This document shows, piece after piece, positions 21,749-31,444 of a stretch of DNA of 64,000 nucleotides. The stretch spans positions 28,058-92,057 of the forward strand of contig PLGY01000037.1 of assembly GCA_003139855.1 (NCBI GenBank). Reading direction: 5' to 3'. The translations under genes were made by a program, and so were the position numbers. Below the pieces are notes generated by a model. It saw nothing but the letters and a program-made list of their open reading frames with translations. It searched no databases and had not been told where the DNA came from. The stretch is from Methanobacteriota archaeon. Its GTDB lineage: Archaea; Halobacteriota; Bog-38; Methanoflorentales; Methanoflorentaceae. Each line of letters starts with the position of its first letter. Positions within the stretch are counted from its first letter, which is position 1.

Positions 21749-21841
21749 CGGGCTCGAAGGGAGTTGAACCCTTGACCGCCTGGTGTCTCTCCTAATTCTG
21801 GGTTAAAAGCCAGGTGCTCTGCCTAACTGAGCTACGAGCCC
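21749..21841 (-). tRNA. tRNA-Lys (anticodon UUU) with an intron of about 19 nt at 37/38
   Basis: Manual fold: acceptor GGGCTCG/CGAGCCC, D arm GCTC-AGTTAGGCA-GAGC, anticodon stem CCTGG/CCAGG, loop CTTTTA..A interrupted by ACCCAGAATTAGGAGAGAC, and T arm AAGGG-TTCAACT-CCCTT. Confidence 0.85.
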
Positions 21842-22070
21842 TCTACATATTTTGATACTGTACTCTAACAGCTCAACTACCGTTATACAATTAGCGATAG
21901 GAAAACCTCACCGCTCTTAATATAAGATCTCTCAATTTAAACCTTTCTACATCAGCAAAGTAGCACTTAGGGAGAATAACCGACCATTTGTTTTCGTGAA
22001 TGTTAAATATGCGGGATGTATATTAAAGTTTGGCTGACGACATTTTTCAAATCAGCATCGGTGGTCAATT

Positions 22071-23186
22071 ATGGCTAAGGTAACAATAAGCTTGATAAAA
22101 GCGGACGTTGGAGGGTTTCCAGGACACGCGACTGTACACCCACACCTCTGCGAAAAGGCAGAGGAAATTCTTGGAGAAGCTGTGCAAACAGGCACGATTT
22201 TCGATTTCAGGGTTATGGGTGTGGGCGACGACCTTGAGCTTCTTATGGGACACTCCAAAGGCGAAAATGATGCAGAAGTGCACGGACTTGCCTGGAAGAT
22301 TTTTACCGCGTGCACAGACGTTGCAAAAGTCCTGAAGCTGTATGGGGCCGGCCAAGACATGTTGAAAGACTCTTTTTCAGGGAACATACGCGGGATGGGT
22401 CCAGGTGCTACTGAAATTGAGTTCACAGAACGAACGGGCGAGCCTCTCATCGCATTCATGATGGACAAAACCGAGCCTGGCGCTTTCAACCTTCCAATTT
22501 TTAGGATGTTTGCCGATCCTTTCAACACTGCAGGACTTGTGATCGATCCTACTTTGCATACGGGCTTCAGATTCGAGATATGGGATATTAAAGATCACAC
22601 GCGCGTTTTCATGGATTGTCCGGCTGAGATGTATGATATGCTCGCACTAATCGGCGCAAAAAGCCGCTACGTCATAAAGCGGGTCTATCCAAAAGAAGGG
22701 GGAAAATTGCCATCTGACGAACCGGCCGCAGCAGTGAGCACCGAAAAGCTGTTTGAAATCGCGGGCGAATACGTGGGCAAAGACGATCCAGTGGCGCTTG
22801 TGCGGTCTCAGTCTGGATTGCCAGCCCTCGGCGAAGTGCTGGAACCCTGGACGTTCCCCCATCTCGTCAGTGGCTGGATGCGAGGCAGTCATAATGGCCC
22901 TGTCATGCCGGTCGCTTTTGAAAACGCAAAGTGCACTCGCTTTGATGGCCCTCCGCGTGTCGTCGCGGCAGGATTTCAAATAGCTAACGGGAAGTTTATC
23001 GGGCCTGTCGATTTATTCAACGATCCTGCGTACGATGCAGCCCGCGACGAAGCGAATCTGATTGCGAATTATATGAGGCGGCATGGACCTTTTGAGCCCC
23101 ATAGGCTGCCACTTCAGGACATGGAGTACACAACTCTCCCCAAAGTGCTTAGAAAGCTTGAGGGCAGGTTTGAGACCGTGGAATAA
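22071..23186 (+). CDS. fbp: fructose-1,6-bisphosphate aldolase/phosphatase (class V FBPase)
   Basis: 371 aa with the characteristic N-terminus MAKVTISLIKADVGGFPGH and a conserved core. GGTGG lies upstream of the ATG. Confidence 0.95.
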   Translation: MAKVTISLIKADVGGFPGHATVHPHLCEKAEEILGEAVQTGTIFDFRVMGVGDDLELLMGHSKGENDAEVHGLAWKIFTACTDVAKVLKLYGAGQDMLKDSFSGNIRGMGPGATEIEFTERTGEPLIAFMMDKTEPGAFNLPIFRMFADPFNTAGLVIDPTLHTGFRFEIWDIKDHTRVFMDCPAEMYDMLALIGAKSRYVIKRVYPKEGGKLPSDEPAAAVSTEKLFEIAGEYVGKDDPVALVRSQSGLPALGEVLEPWTFPHLVSGWMRGSHNGPVMPVAFENAKCTRFDGPPRVVAAGFQIANGKFIGPVDLFNDPAYDAARDEANLIANYMRRHGPFEPHRLPLQDMEYTTLPKVLRKLEGRFETVE

Positions 23187-23990
23187 CGTGAAGATGCGAA
23201 TATCGCGAGGCGACCATAGCGAACGTAAGTGAACGAACATCAGATACGATCACGCCAAGATGGATGTGCGCGCCTGAAAGGGTCGGCTCGCGAGCACGGC
23301 CGTCTTCTGCAGGCGTTTGATAAGCTTCGCGTCGTTCGCTTAGAGCACGGAAGTCGTAAGTGTGTCGCATCGCTTGGTGGCAGAAGAACAAAGCGGGCAG
23401 TGTTGTCGCAACTCTCAACTTTGGCACGCAGCTGGCAAACTGCGAGTAAAGCCGTAAATCTTTATAGCCGAATTAGTAGCAGCTGCGTTGTCTGCAGTGC
23501 TTTGACAATCGCGAGAGCCTTATCAGCGTCTGCGAGTTTTGGCGCGCCGTTTAACCGATCGGTTACAATCTTGGGTCGGGGTTTTCGTTTGCTGTCGTTG
23601 CTACGGGAAAGGGAGAAGGACATAATGGAACAATTTAGGCGTTCATCAGACTCTACGAGCAGCGACTTAATTCCGTTTGCTGTGGCAGTTCACGCCATTT
23701 TGAACGGCTTGGCCGTTAAAATACGAAGCCAGAACAATCGCGGCGTTCAGATCGAAAACGGCGAAACAAAAAGCCGGAATCTATATGAGGCCGGTACTTG
23801 AAAGAGCTCTTGCTGAGAAAAACGTGATAAAGACACGGCCGCAAGCGCGAGAGTTCACGGATGTACCGGTCATCGTTGTATACAGGACATTAAACTCTCG
23901 GCAATAACTGCCAAAGGCGTTGTAGATTCGACCTTGGCCGATCTTATGGGCCAATAATAGCAAATTATCAGCTAACTGCGTTATTTCGCA

Positions 23991-24998
23991 GTGCCTGCGA
24001 GTAAGCAAGGGGATCCAGAGGCGATCGTTATCGAAGAAATATGGATTGAGAAATACCGTCCGCGCAAGCTAAGCCAAGTTGTTGGACAAGATCAAGTCGT
24101 TAAGAGACTTCAATCCTACGTCAAATTAGAAAACATGCCGCATTTGATGTTTGCAGGAGCAGCTGGCACAGGAAAAACAAGTGCGGCAATCGCGTTGGCG
24201 CACGAACTCTACGGAGATGATTGGAGGAGCAACTTCACCGAGCTCAATGCTTCTGATGAACGCGGCATTGAAGTTGTTCGCAACAAAATTAAGAACTTTG
24301 CCAGAACCGCACCCGTCAGCGCACCTTTCAAGATTATTTTTTTGGATGAGGCTGATTCGCTGACACCTGACGCGCAATCGGCGTTGCGGAGGACTATGGA
24401 GAGCTTCAGCAGGTCCTGCAGATTCATCTTGTCGTGCAACTATTCGAGCAAAATAATTGAACCAATACAATCCAGATGCGCTGTATATCGTTTTAAACCA
24501 CTTGGGAAAACCGAGCTAACAGCGCAGATGAGATACATTGCCAAGAAAGAGCGGCTAGAAATAAGCGACGAAGCTTTGGACGCAATTAGTTATGTGGCCG
24601 CGGGAGATCTGCGTCGAGCCATTAACACACTGCAGTCGGCAGCTTCGATAAAAACACACATCGATCAGGAAACAATCTATCAAATTACAGCGACCCCCGA
24701 TCCGCAAGCAATTGACGACCTCCTACGCGCTTCTATTGGGGGCAAGCTTAAACTTGCGCTATCATCGCTAGACGCTCTTCTTATGGAACAAGGTTTCTCT
24801 GGAAGCGAAATTGTAGTACAAATCAACAAAGCGCTCTTAGGCCTCGATATCTCTGACCAGTCAAAAGTGCAGCTCATTAACAGTGTTGGGGAGATTGATT
24901 TTCGACTCAGCGAAGGGGCAGACGAAAGGATACAACTAGAGGCTCTAATAGCCGAATTCGTGCTGCTGAGTCAGAAAGATCAGCTTACCTCTATTTAG
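23991..24998 (+). CDS. rfcS: replication factor C small subunit
   Basis: WIEKYRP, Walker A GAAGTGKTS, FLDEADSLT, and SRC motif QSRCAVYRF. 335 aa with no intein. GTG start. Confidence 0.93.
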   Translation: MPASKQGDPEAIVIEEIWIEKYRPRKLSQVVGQDQVVKRLQSYVKLENMPHLMFAGAAGTGKTSAAIALAHELYGDDWRSNFTELNASDERGIEVVRNKIKNFARTAPVSAPFKIIFLDEADSLTPDAQSALRRTMESFSRSCRFILSCNYSSKIIEPIQSRCAVYRFKPLGKTELTAQMRYIAKKERLEISDEALDAISYVAAGDLRRAINTLQSAASIKTHIDQETIYQITATPDPQAIDDLLRASIGGKLKLALSSLDALLMEQGFSGSEIVVQINKALLGLDISDQSKVQLINSVGEIDFRLSEGADERIQLEALIAEFVLLSQKDQLTSI

Positions 24999-25055
24999 AC
25001 GAATTAGAACAGGAAGAGTGATTCGATTCTCACGGGATTTCCGCGCCAGCGACAT

Positions 25056-25241
25056 TTAATTCGAGTTCTGGGTTAGTTTCGACGCTTGAATGTTCGACGT
25101 TTTGAACGCGATTAATGTGATTAGCGCGACGTAGATCGACGTCTTGCTAGCGTAGCCAAGCAAAAACAGTTCAGAAGCTGTGACGGAAATCAGCCATACG
25201 AAAGCTTGAAATAAGGAATCCTCTATAAGAGCGCCTATCAA
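25056..25241 (-). CDS. possible small membrane protein (61 aa, two hydrophobic segments)
   Basis: The ORF has two TM-like stretches (LFQAFVWLISVTASELFLLGY and SIYVALITLIAF). There is no other support. Confidence 0.25.
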   Translation of the reverse strand: MIGALIEDSLFQAFVWLISVTASELFLLGYASKTSIYVALITLIAFKTSNIQASKLTQNSN

Positions 25242-25262
25242 ACATTAGGCAACAGGTAACTC

Positions 25263-25646
25263 ATGAAGTGGCAAGGAAAATCTGTACGTCGCAGCACCGG
25301 AGGAAGAATCAAGCATGCTGCCGGCAAAAGGAAACATGAGATGGGCAGAGAGTCGACGCTCACGCAGCTTGGAGAGACCAGAAAGAAGCAAGTTTCGGGA
25401 TTCGGTGGCAACGCAAAGACACGGCTTCTCAAAGGCACTCACGTAAATGTGACTGATGCTTCAACGGGCAACACGAGCAAAGCGGATCTTGAGACGGTCG
25501 AACTCAACGCTGCAAACAGGAACTATGTAAGGCGTAACATAATCACGAAAGGTGCAGTTGTTCAAACGACCTTAGGCAAAGCGAAAGTCACCAACCGACC
25601 TGGCCAGGACGGATCAATCAACGCGATTCTCCTTGCGGAACAATAG
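25263..25646 (+). CDS. rps8e: 30S ribosomal protein S8e
   Basis: 127 aa with MKWQGKSVRRSTGGR...KRKHE...NYVRRNIITKGA, typical of S8e. Confidence 0.92.
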   Translation: MKWQGKSVRRSTGGRIKHAAGKRKHEMGRESTLTQLGETRKKQVSGFGGNAKTRLLKGTHVNVTDASTGNTSKADLETVELNAANRNYVRRNIITKGAVVQTTLGKAKVTNRPGQDGSINAILLAEQ

Positions 25647-25672
25647 CTACTCATCCGAAACAACCAAAAAAG

Positions 25673-26323
25673 CTAGTAGTTCAGAAGACGATCGACAAGC
25701 TGACTTATCCCTTCTCCTGTTCTTACGCTCATTAAGATTTGTTTGACCTGTGGGGCAATTCGCTCCATATCATTTTTCATACGCGCTATGCTCGCCCCCA
25801 CGGCCTCCGCTAAGTCGATTTTGTTGATAATCCCAATATCGCTGACCCTGAAGATCATGGGGTGTTTGTTTACGACGTCGTCCCCTTCGGTGACACTTAC
25901 TACTACAATTCTCGCATCAGTCCCAAGTTCAAAGTCCGTTGGACAAACCATATTCCCGACGTTTTCGATAAACAGAATGTCTAACTCCTTGAGAGGTAGC
26001 TTCTCAATGGCGTGGCCAACAAGATGTGCATCGAGGTGACATTCTGTTCCCGTGTTCAGGTTAACAACTGGGATATCTAGCGCCTTCATTCGGACAAAAT
26101 CATCCTCGCCAACAACGTCGCCTGCAATCGCTCCGATCTGTAATCCTTGACGCTGCAAGATTGGCACAACCTTCTCGATAATTGACGTCTTTCCTGAGCC
26201 GATTGACCCGAGTATGTCGAACGCCCGGATGTTATATCGTTTGAGTACCGTTAAGTTCTGATCTGCCTCCTCCTTATTCCTTTTGAGAATATCTCTGCCT
26301 ACCTCGATCTCCAGTTTGTGCAT
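25673..26323 (-). CDS. hypB: hydrogenase nickel-incorporation GTPase HypB
   Basis: P-loop GSIGSGKTS, ENVGNMVCP and INKIDL motifs. Start is set at MHKLEIEVGRDIL (26323; alternative 26356). The 377-aa track ORF extension overlaps srp19 and is rejected. Confidence 0.9.
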   Translation of the reverse strand: MHKLEIEVGRDILKRNKEEADQNLTVLKRYNIRAFDILGSIGSGKTSIIEKVVPILQRQGLQIGAIAGDVVGEDDFVRMKALDIPVVNLNTGTECHLDAHLVGHAIEKLPLKELDILFIENVGNMVCPTDFELGTDARIVVVSVTEGDDVVNKHPMIFRVSDIGIINKIDLAEAVGASIARMKNDMERIAPQVKQILMSVRTGEGISQLVDRLLNY

Positions 26324-26383
26324 AGTCTTTAATGTCTGTTTTGACAATATTAACATATCTGTAACGCGGAATGCTATGCAACA

Positions 26384-26680
26384 ATGGCAAAGACCACAAA
26401 AAACGTCGTTTGGCCTGTCTACATTGACGCGCATAAAACGCGAAAAGAAGGCCGGATCATAGCCAAGGGAGATTCGGTAGGAGCGCCAGATATCAAGGAA
26501 ATCGTCCGCGCAGCGCAGGAACTGGGATTGAATCCGACCTATGAAGATGAGAAAGCGTATCCACGACTTTGGTGGGAACACAAAGGGCGGTTGCTTATAG
26601 ACGTCAATGGCGCAAAGCGAGAGGCGATACGGCAAATTGCGCGCGCGATAAAAGCATCGCGAGCTTCGCACGATTCTTGA
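26384..26680 (+). CDS. srp19: signal recognition particle protein SRP19
   Basis: 98 aa with VVWPVYIDAHKTRKEGRII...PRLWWEHKGRLLID, typical of archaeal SRP19. Confidence 0.9.
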   Translation: MAKTTKNVVWPVYIDAHKTRKEGRIIAKGDSVGAPDIKEIVRAAQELGLNPTYEDEKAYPRLWWEHKGRLLIDVNGAKREAIRQIARAIKASRASHDS

Positions 26681-26686
26681 AGATAC

Positions 26687-27325
26687 ATGAGCAAGCGAAT
26701 AGAATTTCACACGCACACTATTCTTAGCGACGGTGCGCTTCTGCCGAGTGAGCTCATAAGACGGGCGTATGTTGCAGATCACGAGGCTATTGCGATAACA
26801 GATCACGTAGACTTCTCTAACGTAGATTCAGTGATTCGCGCGACAAAGCGAGCGGCTGAGGGCTCCAGTGGGATCGAAGTTCTCGTTGGAGCGGAGATTA
26901 CTCACGTCGTGCCAGAAAAAATTCCTAAGCTCGTTCGGAAAGCGAAAGCGTTAGGCGCACAAATAATAATCGTACACGGTGAGACCATTGCTGAGCCGGT
27001 GGCGCCAGGAACAAACAAGGCGGCTGCAGCTATTAGCGATGTCAACATCATTGCACACCCAGGTCTTGTGAGCCAGGAAGACGTAGAGCTTGCGAATCAG
27101 AATGGGATCTATCTGGAGCTTACAGCGCGATGCGGTCACAACGCTACTAACGGCCACGTGGCCAAAATTGCCCCGAATATCCTTGTTAACACAGACTGCC
27201 ACGGGACCGAGCTGATTACGAATGTCGAGGCTGAACAGATCGCACGCGGGGCTGGTTTGAACGAAGACCAAGGGCTGCGCTTGATTCGTCGAAATGCTAC
27301 GTCGCTCCTCAATGAAATTTTATAA
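26687..27325 (+). CDS. PHP-domain metal-dependent phosphoesterase (histidinol-phosphatase-like)
   Basis: N-terminal EFHTHTILSDG, AITDHVD, and downstream His/Asp ligands (IVHGE, IIAHPG, NTDCHG). Confidence 0.8.
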   Translation: MSKRIEFHTHTILSDGALLPSELIRRAYVADHEAIAITDHVDFSNVDSVIRATKRAAEGSSGIEVLVGAEITHVVPEKIPKLVRKAKALGAQIIIVHGETIAEPVAPGTNKAAAAISDVNIIAHPGLVSQEDVELANQNGIYLELTARCGHNATNGHVAKIAPNILVNTDCHGTELITNVEAEQIARGAGLNEDQGLRLIRRNATSLLNEIL

Positions 27326-27375
27326 GTTTTCCTAAAACTTTAAATAGTTTGACATATAATATAAATACGTAACGT

Positions 27376-27618
27376 TTGAGGTCAGGTTTGAGAAAGTTAG
27401 GTACTGTACTTCACGTATCAAGTCACGGCTATATTATTCTTAAAGCTGAATTCTTCCCAAAGATTGATTCTGCGGTATTAACGAAGCGAATGAAAAGAAT
27501 TGGCGCGGTACACGACGTATTTGGTCCGGTAACGTCGCCGTATATTTCTGTGAAGCCGTTTAAGAACCTTACCCTCGCTAACTTGCGAGAACTCCGTGGT
27601 GAGAAGGTCTACATCTGA
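27376..27618 (+). CDS. gar1: H/ACA RNP protein Gar1
   Basis: 80 aa with LGTVLHVS..., [20 protein letters not shown]. The position upstream of tfb is conserved. TTG start. Confidence 0.85.
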   Translation: MRSGLRKLGTVLHVSSHGYIILKAEFFPKIDSAVLTKRMKRIGAVHDVFGPVTSPYISVKPFKNLTLANLRELRGEKVYI

Positions 27619-27634
27619 GCTCAAAGGTGGATAT

Positions 27635-28633
27635 ATGGTTGAAGTAGAAAGAGAGAGGATAATAGAGCGAGCAAAAGCGCGAGAAGTTACAAAAGAGCGC
27701 CAGAAAGAGCTTGGAGAGTATGAGGAATCGAAAGCGGTCTGCCCTGAATGCGGTTCGCGACAGCTAGTCCAAGACTATGAAAGAGCGGAACTTGTTTGCG
27801 ACAAATGCGGTTTAGTTATTGATGAAGATTTCATGGACATGGGTCCTGAATGGCGGGCATTTGATCACGATCAACGAATGAAGAGGAGCCGTGTAGGCGC
27901 TCCTATGACGTATACTATTCATGACAAAGGATTGTCCACGATGATAGACTGGCGAAACAGGGATTCGTATGGTCGGTCTATCTCTTCCAAGAACAGGGCG
28001 CAGCTCTATCGATTACGCAAGTGGCAGCGACGAATTCGCGTGTCAAATGCTACCGAAAGAAACTTAGCGTTCGCCTTGTCTGAGCTTGACAGAATGGCGT
28101 CAGCGCTTGGGTTATCGAGAAATGTAAGAGAGACGGCTGCTGTCGTGTATCGAAAAGCAGTCGACAAGAATCTTATTCGAGGAAGAAGCATCGAAGGCGT
28201 TGCGGCTGCGGCTTTATACGCTGCATGCCGTCAGTGTTCAGTTCCAAGAACTCTCGACGAAATTGCAGAGGTTTCGCGGGTAAGTCGAAAAGAGATCGGA
28301 AGAACTTATAGATTCATCTCACGCGAACTTGATCTCAAGCTGACTCCGACATCGCCCATAGACTACGTACCGAGATTCTGTTCCGGCCTAAAACTCAAGG
28401 GTGAAGTTCAATCCAAGGCGGTCGAAATACTGAGACAAGCAGCGGAAAAAGAACTAACGAGTGGGAGAGGCCCGACCGGGGTCGCCGCAGCAGCTATCTA
28501 CATAGCTTCAGTTATATGCGGTGACAGGCGAACACAAAGAGAGGTAGCTGACATTGCCGGTGTAACCGAAGTAACGATTAGAAATCGTTACAAAGAACTG
28601 GCGGAGGAGCTGGATATTGAGATCCTATTCTAA
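27635..28633 (+). CDS. tfb: transcription initiation factor TFB (TFIIB)
   Basis: Zn ribbon CPECGS...CDKCG, B-finger region and two cyclin repeats. The ATG at 27635 is preceded by AAAGGTGG. Confidence 0.95.
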   Translation: MVEVERERIIERAKAREVTKERQKELGEYEESKAVCPECGSRQLVQDYERAELVCDKCGLVIDEDFMDMGPEWRAFDHDQRMKRSRVGAPMTYTIHDKGLSTMIDWRNRDSYGRSISSKNRAQLYRLRKWQRRIRVSNATERNLAFALSELDRMASALGLSRNVRETAAVVYRKAVDKNLIRGRSIEGVAAAALYAACRQCSVPRTLDEIAEVSRVSRKEIGRTYRFISRELDLKLTPTSPIDYVPRFCSGLKLKGEVQSKAVEILRQAAEKELTSGRGPTGVAAAAIYIASVICGDRRTQREVADIAGVTEVTIRNRYKELAEELDIEILF

Positions 28634-28738
28634 GTCCGCTCCTTCTGTATCTTTATCCCTGACATCATTGCAGACTTCGATCTAGAACATCTGCTGGAGT
28701 TGGCAAGTTATTTAAAGCTCCGCAACATTTAGCGTTCG

Positions 28739-28823
28739 GGGCTCGTAACTCAGGGGTAGAGTGCCACGTTCGCATCTTAGGAGAAAAACGTGGATGCCAC
28801 GGGTTCGATTCCCGTCGAGTCCA
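28739..28823 (+). tRNA. tRNA-Ala (anticodon CGC) with an intron of about 13 nt at 37/38
   Basis: Manual fold: acceptor GGGCTCG/CGAGTCC with the G3:U70 alanine identity pair, anticodon stem CCACG/CGTGG, loop TTCGCA..A interrupted by TCTTAGGAGAAAA, and T arm ACGGG-TTCGATT-CCCGT. Confidence 0.85.
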
Positions 28824-28881
28824 TAGTTAATCAGCGCTTTGCTCTCTCTCTTCCTTTTTTTGAGTCGAACGCTCAAAAGGT

Positions 28882-29865
28882 TCACGTCATGTGCTTTTTT
28901 ACTATTGCTTTTGCTCGAGCTTTATCGACTCCGCAACAGACAAGATACTTTTCGAATTTTTCGTATAAGGAGAGATCCGAGTCATAGAAACGTCCCATAA
29001 AGTCATCGTTCTCTAAGAGCTTAGCTGCTGAAAACTTTTCGTTCTCGCTACTATACTTCAAACTCTCTAAGAAGTTCCGTACGTATCTTTTTTCCAAGGC
29101 TTTTATGTGTTCAATAACGTAAACCACGTCCTTCATTTCTTCCTGCAAAGCGTCGACCTGGCTTTGAATGTTCTCTCTCATTATCACGTACGGGCTCATC
29201 GCTCTCAGCGAGTTCAAGAGTAACTCTTCTTCTTTGATTCTATCCTGAATGCTCTTGATAAGTTCGCTGATGCTTTTCTTGTATCTGTCTTTGTTATCGA
29301 TCAATTGCCTTGAAGCTAACTCGTTGTACAATTCTGGGTCTGGGCGGTCGAGCAGGTCGTTCAGTCGGTGCTTAATTGCGAGCTCCCTGACGCCGGCGTA
29401 GACATAGCGTGCTCCGGCCCTCCTCACTTTTAGGAGTTCGAACCTTTCTCTGTTGAGATTTGCTACGGATCGATCCACGCGCTGAAAAAGACCCTCAAAA
29501 TCGTTGAGTGCAGCTTGTGCATAATCATCATCAACCAATTTGGAAAGAGCCTTTTGGTCGATAATGCGGACCTTTTGTTCAAGGTTGGCCAAATCTGTAT
29601 CCAGCTTATCGTACTTATAAATGAGTCTCTCCATCTCGTTTTTCGGAACCTGCTCAAAAAGTTGATCGTTTACGGCATCGAGCAAAATCTCACGTGCTCG
29701 AATGCTGCCCAGTTGTTTAAGCTTGGCATAGTCATCTTCTGAGACTCTAATATTGAATATCTTATCTTTGGCCATTTTGTAAAACGTAAAACATTTTGGG
29801 GCTAAATAACTATCGATGTCATCGATTGCCGCGCTGGCAAATGCATAATATTGTCCGTAAGTCAC
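28882..29865 (-). CDS. hypothetical coiled-coil protein, possibly with an N-terminal ribbon-helix-helix
   Basis: Long ORF. The likely start is the ATG at 29775 (MAKDKIFNIRVSEDDYAKLKQLG, RHH-like). The rest is heptad-rich and charged. By eye it is more AT-rich than its neighbours. Confidence 0.6.
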   Translation of the reverse strand: MTYGQYYAFASAAIDDIDSYLAPKCFTFYKMAKDKIFNIRVSEDDYAKLKQLGSIRAREILLDAVNDQLFEQVPKNEMERLIYKYDKLDTDLANLEQKVRIIDQKALSKLVDDDYAQAALNDFEGLFQRVDRSVANLNRERFELLKVRRAGARYVYAGVRELAIKHRLNDLLDRPDPELYNELASRQLIDNKDRYKKSISELIKSIQDRIKEEELLLNSLRAMSPYVIMRENIQSQVDALQEEMKDVVYVIEHIKALEKRYVRNFLESLKYSSENEKFSAAKLLENDDFMGRFYDSDLSLYEKFEKYLVCCGVDKARAKAIVKKHMT

Positions 29866-30068
29866 AGTTTTTTGTTCAGCTCAAAACGTTCGCGTTGCCT
29901 CCGGTGCTTTTATATGATAAGCCTTATGCCACTCATTATAGAGTTTCTTGCGAACGTGCGCAGTTGCTGTAAAAGATCTTTCATCGTGCGCTGCATTATA
30001 AGCTATGGAAAAAATAGTCGCGGGGGGTTTTTGACACCGCATGCGACCCGACGGGAAGGAACAGTTCG

Positions 30069-30647
30069 ATGTTAACTATCGGAGTAGTTGCCATTCAGGG
30101 TGCGGTTTCAGAGCATATAACGGCTCTGGAAAAATCCTCGAGGGATTTTGACTGCAAAATAGTGACTATAAAGCGCAAAGGCATAGTCCCGCACTGTGAC
30201 GGTTTGATAATTCCGGGCGGCGAAAGCACCACAATTTCAAGGATATTGCATCTTGAAGGGATTGACAAGGAGATACTTGGGAACAAGGGGATCCCTATGA
30301 TGGGGACTTGCGCCGGTTTAATCATCATGTCTAATTATAAAAACGAGCATGTGGATGGTTTGGGGCTTATAGACATGCAGGTCAAAAGAAACGCTTTTGG
30401 GGGGCAGGCGGAGTCTTTTCAGGTCCCACTGACGGTGACGGTTTTCAATTCTCCGTTTGATGGTATCTTTATTCGAGCTCCTGCGATTACGCAGGTCGGA
30501 GACGCAACTGACGTATTAGCTCGTGTCGAGAGGTACGGCGTTGCTGCGCAACAAGGAAACAAGCTAGCACTGGCGTTTCATCCCGAATTAGGCAATGATT
30601 TGAGATTTCACGAGTATTTCTTGAAGCTCCTTGATTTTCATAGGTGA
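30069..30647 (+). CDS. pdxT: pyridoxal 5'-phosphate synthase glutaminase subunit PdxT
   Basis: 192 aa with IGVVAIQGAVSEH, PGGESTT, the GTCAG nucleophile elbow, and the HPE triad end. Confidence 0.92.
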   Translation: MLTIGVVAIQGAVSEHITALEKSSRDFDCKIVTIKRKGIVPHCDGLIIPGGESTTISRILHLEGIDKEILGNKGIPMMGTCAGLIIMSNYKNEHVDGLGLIDMQVKRNAFGGQAESFQVPLTVTVFNSPFDGIFIRAPAITQVGDATDVLARVERYGVAAQQGNKLALAFHPELGNDLRFHEYFLKLLDFHR

Positions 30648-30782
30648 TGAACCGAACCTGCAATCTCGTGCGCATGAGATACGGCATGAAGGCGCGCACG
30701 ATTTCAACGAATAGACTAAGTTATTCCTGCAACTTGAAGGTCAAGGTAGCTCCGAAACGCTAGACTACCGTTTGCGAGGGTT

Positions 30783-31334
30783 CTAGCGCTCAGCGCTTGC
30801 GGCGATTCTTCTTCTCACTCTTTCAAATGCCAGAACAGCTTTAGCTCTCACGTAAAGCTCTTCGTCGTGGAAAGTTTCCATCAGGGGTTTTATACTCGTC
30901 GCGTCACCTATTTTGCCGAGAACTTCGGCTGCGCGCTCACGAACGAACCAGTCTTTGTCGTTCAAAACACTTATGAGGCCTTTGACGGCTCGAGGATCCT
31001 TGATTTGGCCGAGTGCTTTCACTGCAGTTGCTCGTACGAACCAATCTCGATCGGTCATTGCCTCTTGGAATACGTGCGTTGCGGGCTGTCCTATTTTCTC
31101 AAGTGCCAAAATAGCGTTACTGCGCACTTCCCACCTTTCTTCCGTTAGCGCTGAGCTCAAAGGCTTAATCGCTGGCTCTCCAATTTTACCTAGTGCTTCC
31201 GCCGCCCTCATCCTTGTTTTTGGGTTCTGTACTTCTGATAGCGTGGCGATTAATTGCTCAATCTCTTCTTCAGTCGGTGACAGATTTTTAGCTTTCTTAG
31301 TCTCCGCGCGTTTACGGTTACTGTGGGATGACAT
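30783..31334 (-). CDS. HEAT (PBS-lyase type) repeat protein
   Basis: At least four tandem repeats of the pattern W.VR..A..ALG.IGDP.A...L. Confidence 0.8.
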   Translation of the reverse strand: MSSHSNRKRAETKKAKNLSPTEEEIEQLIATLSEVQNPKTRMRAAEALGKIGEPAIKPLSSALTEERWEVRSNAILALEKIGQPATHVFQEAMTDRDWFVRATAVKALGQIKDPRAVKGLISVLNDKDWFVRERAAEVLGKIGDATSIKPLMETFHDEELYVRAKAVLAFERVRRRIAASAER

Positions 31335-31444
31335 GGCTCGGGAAACTTCTAATCAAAGACTACATGGGGCGTAGGTTTGCTGCCACCTATCTCCGTTGCT
31401 TAGAAGGGTTGGGTTAACGTCGCAGCTGGCTCCAGCTTAAAGTC

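Noticed and set aside
10182-21775. Dozens of 60-170-aa ORFs antisense to or out of frame with EF-2, S7/S12, NusA/L30e, RpoA', RpoA'', RpoB' and RpoB'' (for example 10512-10901, 12854-13378, 16306-16638, 17449-17808, 19538-19861).
   Set aside because: They lie entirely inside strongly supported conserved genes and have low-complexity R/S/L-rich translations with no motifs. They are typical shadow ORFs.
23187-23990. SRP (7S) RNA or another RNase P-like RNA in the fbp-rfcS gap.
   Set aside because: No helix-8 type CCC-GGAA-GGGAGCA hairpin is present; CGGGAAAGGGAG at about 23604 lacks the complementary 5' arm. There is also no long 5'/3' terminal pairing. The gap is kept as an unexplained region only.
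25673-26806. The 377-aa version of the hypB ORF, with a 160-aa N-terminal extension.
   Set aside because: The extension is Cys/Arg/Phe-rich nonsense and overlaps the well-supported srp19 gene on the other strand. HypB homology begins at MHKLEIEVGRDIL (26323).
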